Source: Dehalococcoidia bacterium (lineage in GTDB: Bacteria > Chloroflexota > Dehalococcoidia > Lucifugimonadales > UBA3495). From it: a stretch of DNA of 64,000 nt. The stretch covers positions 235,522 through 299,521 of the forward strand of contig CBDCUJ010000001.1 in the NCBI GenBank assembly GCA_965222595.1, in the 5' to 3' direction. The position numbers were made by a program, and so were the translations under genes. This document shows, in pieces, positions 62,690 through 64,000 of the stretch (positions are counted from its first letter, which is position 1; each line of letters opens with the position of its first letter). The notes under the pieces are model-generated. The model did not search any database, was not told the DNA's origin, and worked only from the letters and a program-made list of their open reading frames with translations.

Positions 62690-62875
62690 ATGAACTCGAA
62701 CGAACTTCGCCGATGGCTCCGGACGCGGGGTTGCACCTTCCACCCACACCGAGGGGGCGGCAGCCATGTGACGGTCCGGTTGGGTAACCGAACAACGCAA
62801 CTGCCGATGCACGGCCGCAAGGAACTAGGTCGCGGGCTAGTCGCCAAAATCAAGAAAGACTTGGGGTTGGAATGA
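62690..62875 (+). CDS. hicA: HicA-family toxin
   Basis: 61 aa. LRTRGCTFHPHRGGGSHVTVRLGNRTTQLPMHGRKELGRGLVAKIKKDLGL. Confidence 0.75.
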   Translation: MNSNELRRWLRTRGCTFHPHRGGGSHVTVRLGNRTTQLPMHGRKELGRGLVAKIKKDLGLE

Positions 62876-63294
62876 TGCTTGCCTATCCAGTACACCTTGA
62901 ACCGGACGATAATGACACTTTCCTAGTAACTTCGCTGGACTTTCCAGAGCTCACCACCTTCGGCGATGACCGGGAAGAGGCTATCGCCCGCGCCGTCGAC
63001 GCCCTTGGGGAGGCCATCGCTGCCCGTATGTATGACGGCAAGGACATTCCCGTGCCGTCGCAAGGCGAGGATTATGCTGTGCTCCCGACACTCATCGAGG
63101 CCAAAGCGATGTTGTACCGGAGAATGAGGGAGCAGGGCATCGGTAAGCTAGAACTGGCTCGTAGTCTCGGCTGGCTTTTGACTCAGGTAGACCGGGTGGT
63201 GGACATCAATCACCGTTCGCGGCTAGACGATATAGACGCCGCCCTGAGGGCAGTAGGCTGTCAACTGTACGTGAGCGCGTCGGCCCGCCCTTGA
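62872..63294 (+). CDS. hicB: HicB-family antitoxin with C-terminal HTH
   Basis: MLAYPVHLEPDDNDTFLVTSLDFPELTTFGDDREEAIARAVDAL. ATGA overlap with hicA. Confidence 0.75.
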   Translation: MMLAYPVHLEPDDNDTFLVTSLDFPELTTFGDDREEAIARAVDALGEAIAARMYDGKDIPVPSQGEDYAVLPTLIEAKAMLYRRMREQGIGKLELARSLGWLLTQVDRVVDINHRSRLDDIDAALRAVGCQLYVSASARP

Positions 63295-63328
63295 CAAGGC
63301 TTCACGTTATACAGACTACGGAGAATAG

Positions 63329-64000
63329 ATGCTGGAACAGCAAGAACAGCTCTGGGGATTCGACGCCGTGGAGCCGGGGCAGGCGGGCGCTTCGACTGTA
63401 GTCGACATCACTGCTGAGAACATCGCGGAGTACGCCCGGGTATCGTTGAACGACCACCCCCGCTACCGGGCCGATGGCGGCCGAAACATACCCATGCCCA
63501 CCATGGTCCTCAGCTATGCCCCATTGCTCCGGGACGAAATAGCGGAGGCCAACGGGTTCGTGGCCTTGGAGCAATCCAAGACGGCCCGCCGCCAGACGCC
63601 CTTCGCCAAATGCGAAATCCGCTGGGAGCGTCCGGTAAAGGCCGGCGACTCCATCACCGGGACCCGCCGCGTCCTGGAGAAGTATGAAAGGCGGGGCAGC
63701 AAGTTCGTCACATTCCGTGTGGAAGCGTCAAACCAGGAAGGGCAGCGCGTCGCCTCCTACGAGTACACCTGCATCTTCGAGTACGCCAAGGGCCAGCGGG
63801 AGACGCCCGAGACCGCCGTTTCGGCCTCCTCCGCGCCGGGCGGACCGGCGCATCAAGCCGCTGCCGGACCTGCTTCGCCCCGGTTGCTGGACTACTCGAC
63901 CGCCGCCGAGGGATTGCAGATGGCGGCGCTGTCCATCACCGAGAGCCAAGAAATTATGAACCGCAAGAACGGCTTCCGGTTGGCCGGGCGGGCCAATGAG
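63329..64000 (+). CDS. MaoC-family dehydratase N-terminal-type hotdog protein (partial, runs off window end)
   Basis: Own translation from ATG 63329 (GGAGA upstream): MLEQQEQLWGFDAVEPGQAGASTVVDITAENIAEYARVSLNDHPRYR...GDSITGTRRVLEKYERRGSKFVTFRVEASNQEG. Not in the track because it is open at the edge. Confidence 0.65.
   Translation, partial: MLEQQEQLWGFDAVEPGQAGASTVVDITAENIAEYARVSLNDHPRYRADGGRNIPMPTMVLSYAPLLRDEIAEANGFVALEQSKTARRQTPFAKCEIRWERPVKAGDSITGTRRVLEKYERRGSKFVTFRVEASNQEGQRVASYEYTCIFEYAKGQRETPETAVSASSAPGGPAHQAAAGPASPRLLDYSTAAEGLQMAALSITESQEIMNRKNGFRLAGRANE

Overview
High-GC bacterial chromosomal window. The gene content suggests a Chloroflexota genome, possibly a marine SAR202-like lineage. 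This is an inference only, based on many family III CoA-transferases, MaoC hotdog hydratases and Gfo/Idh/MocA oxidoreductases, Pro/Thr/Ala-rich lipoprotein linkers and an auracyanin-like cupredoxin. Housekeeping blocks: a caa3-type cytochrome c oxidase cluster (ctaA-ctaB-coxB-ctaD-ctaE plus a subunit IV-cupredoxin fusion), the glycine cleavage operon (gcvT-gcvH-gcvPA-gcvPB), acetyl-CoA synthetase, gamma-glutamyltransferase, a cobalamin-riboswitch-controlled BtuFCD-like ABC importer, signal peptidase I and one tRNA(CAT). Small islets that look AT-richer by eye (not computed) carry conflict-type modules. These are a translationally coupled DUF262 + HEPN pair next to the tRNA, three ABC/OLD-like ATPase + nuclease pairs (two with DUF4276/TOPRIM-like partners, one with a PIN-like partner interrupted by an in-frame TAG), three HicAB loci, a DUF4258/YgiT pair and a Uma2 + HsdR_N-like pair. 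Two genes that the ORF track splits are better read as UGA-selenocysteine genes. One is a rhodanese with TGA at the catalytic Cys position. The other is a UGSC (UxxCxxC) protein in an operon with an uncharacterised 338-aa protein. A duplicated oxidoreductase + retropepsin-like protease cassette is unusual. Mobile DNA: two IS1380-like elements with definable inverted repeats and target duplications (one splits a VOC gene), a MITE family with GTAACTGTTCAGA termini, and a family of CTTAG-flanked elements built around a C-rich/G-rich hairpin core. Related hairpins also sit in frame inside two CDSs. Many long ORFs in the track are antisense or off-frame shadows typical of high-GC DNA and were not called.
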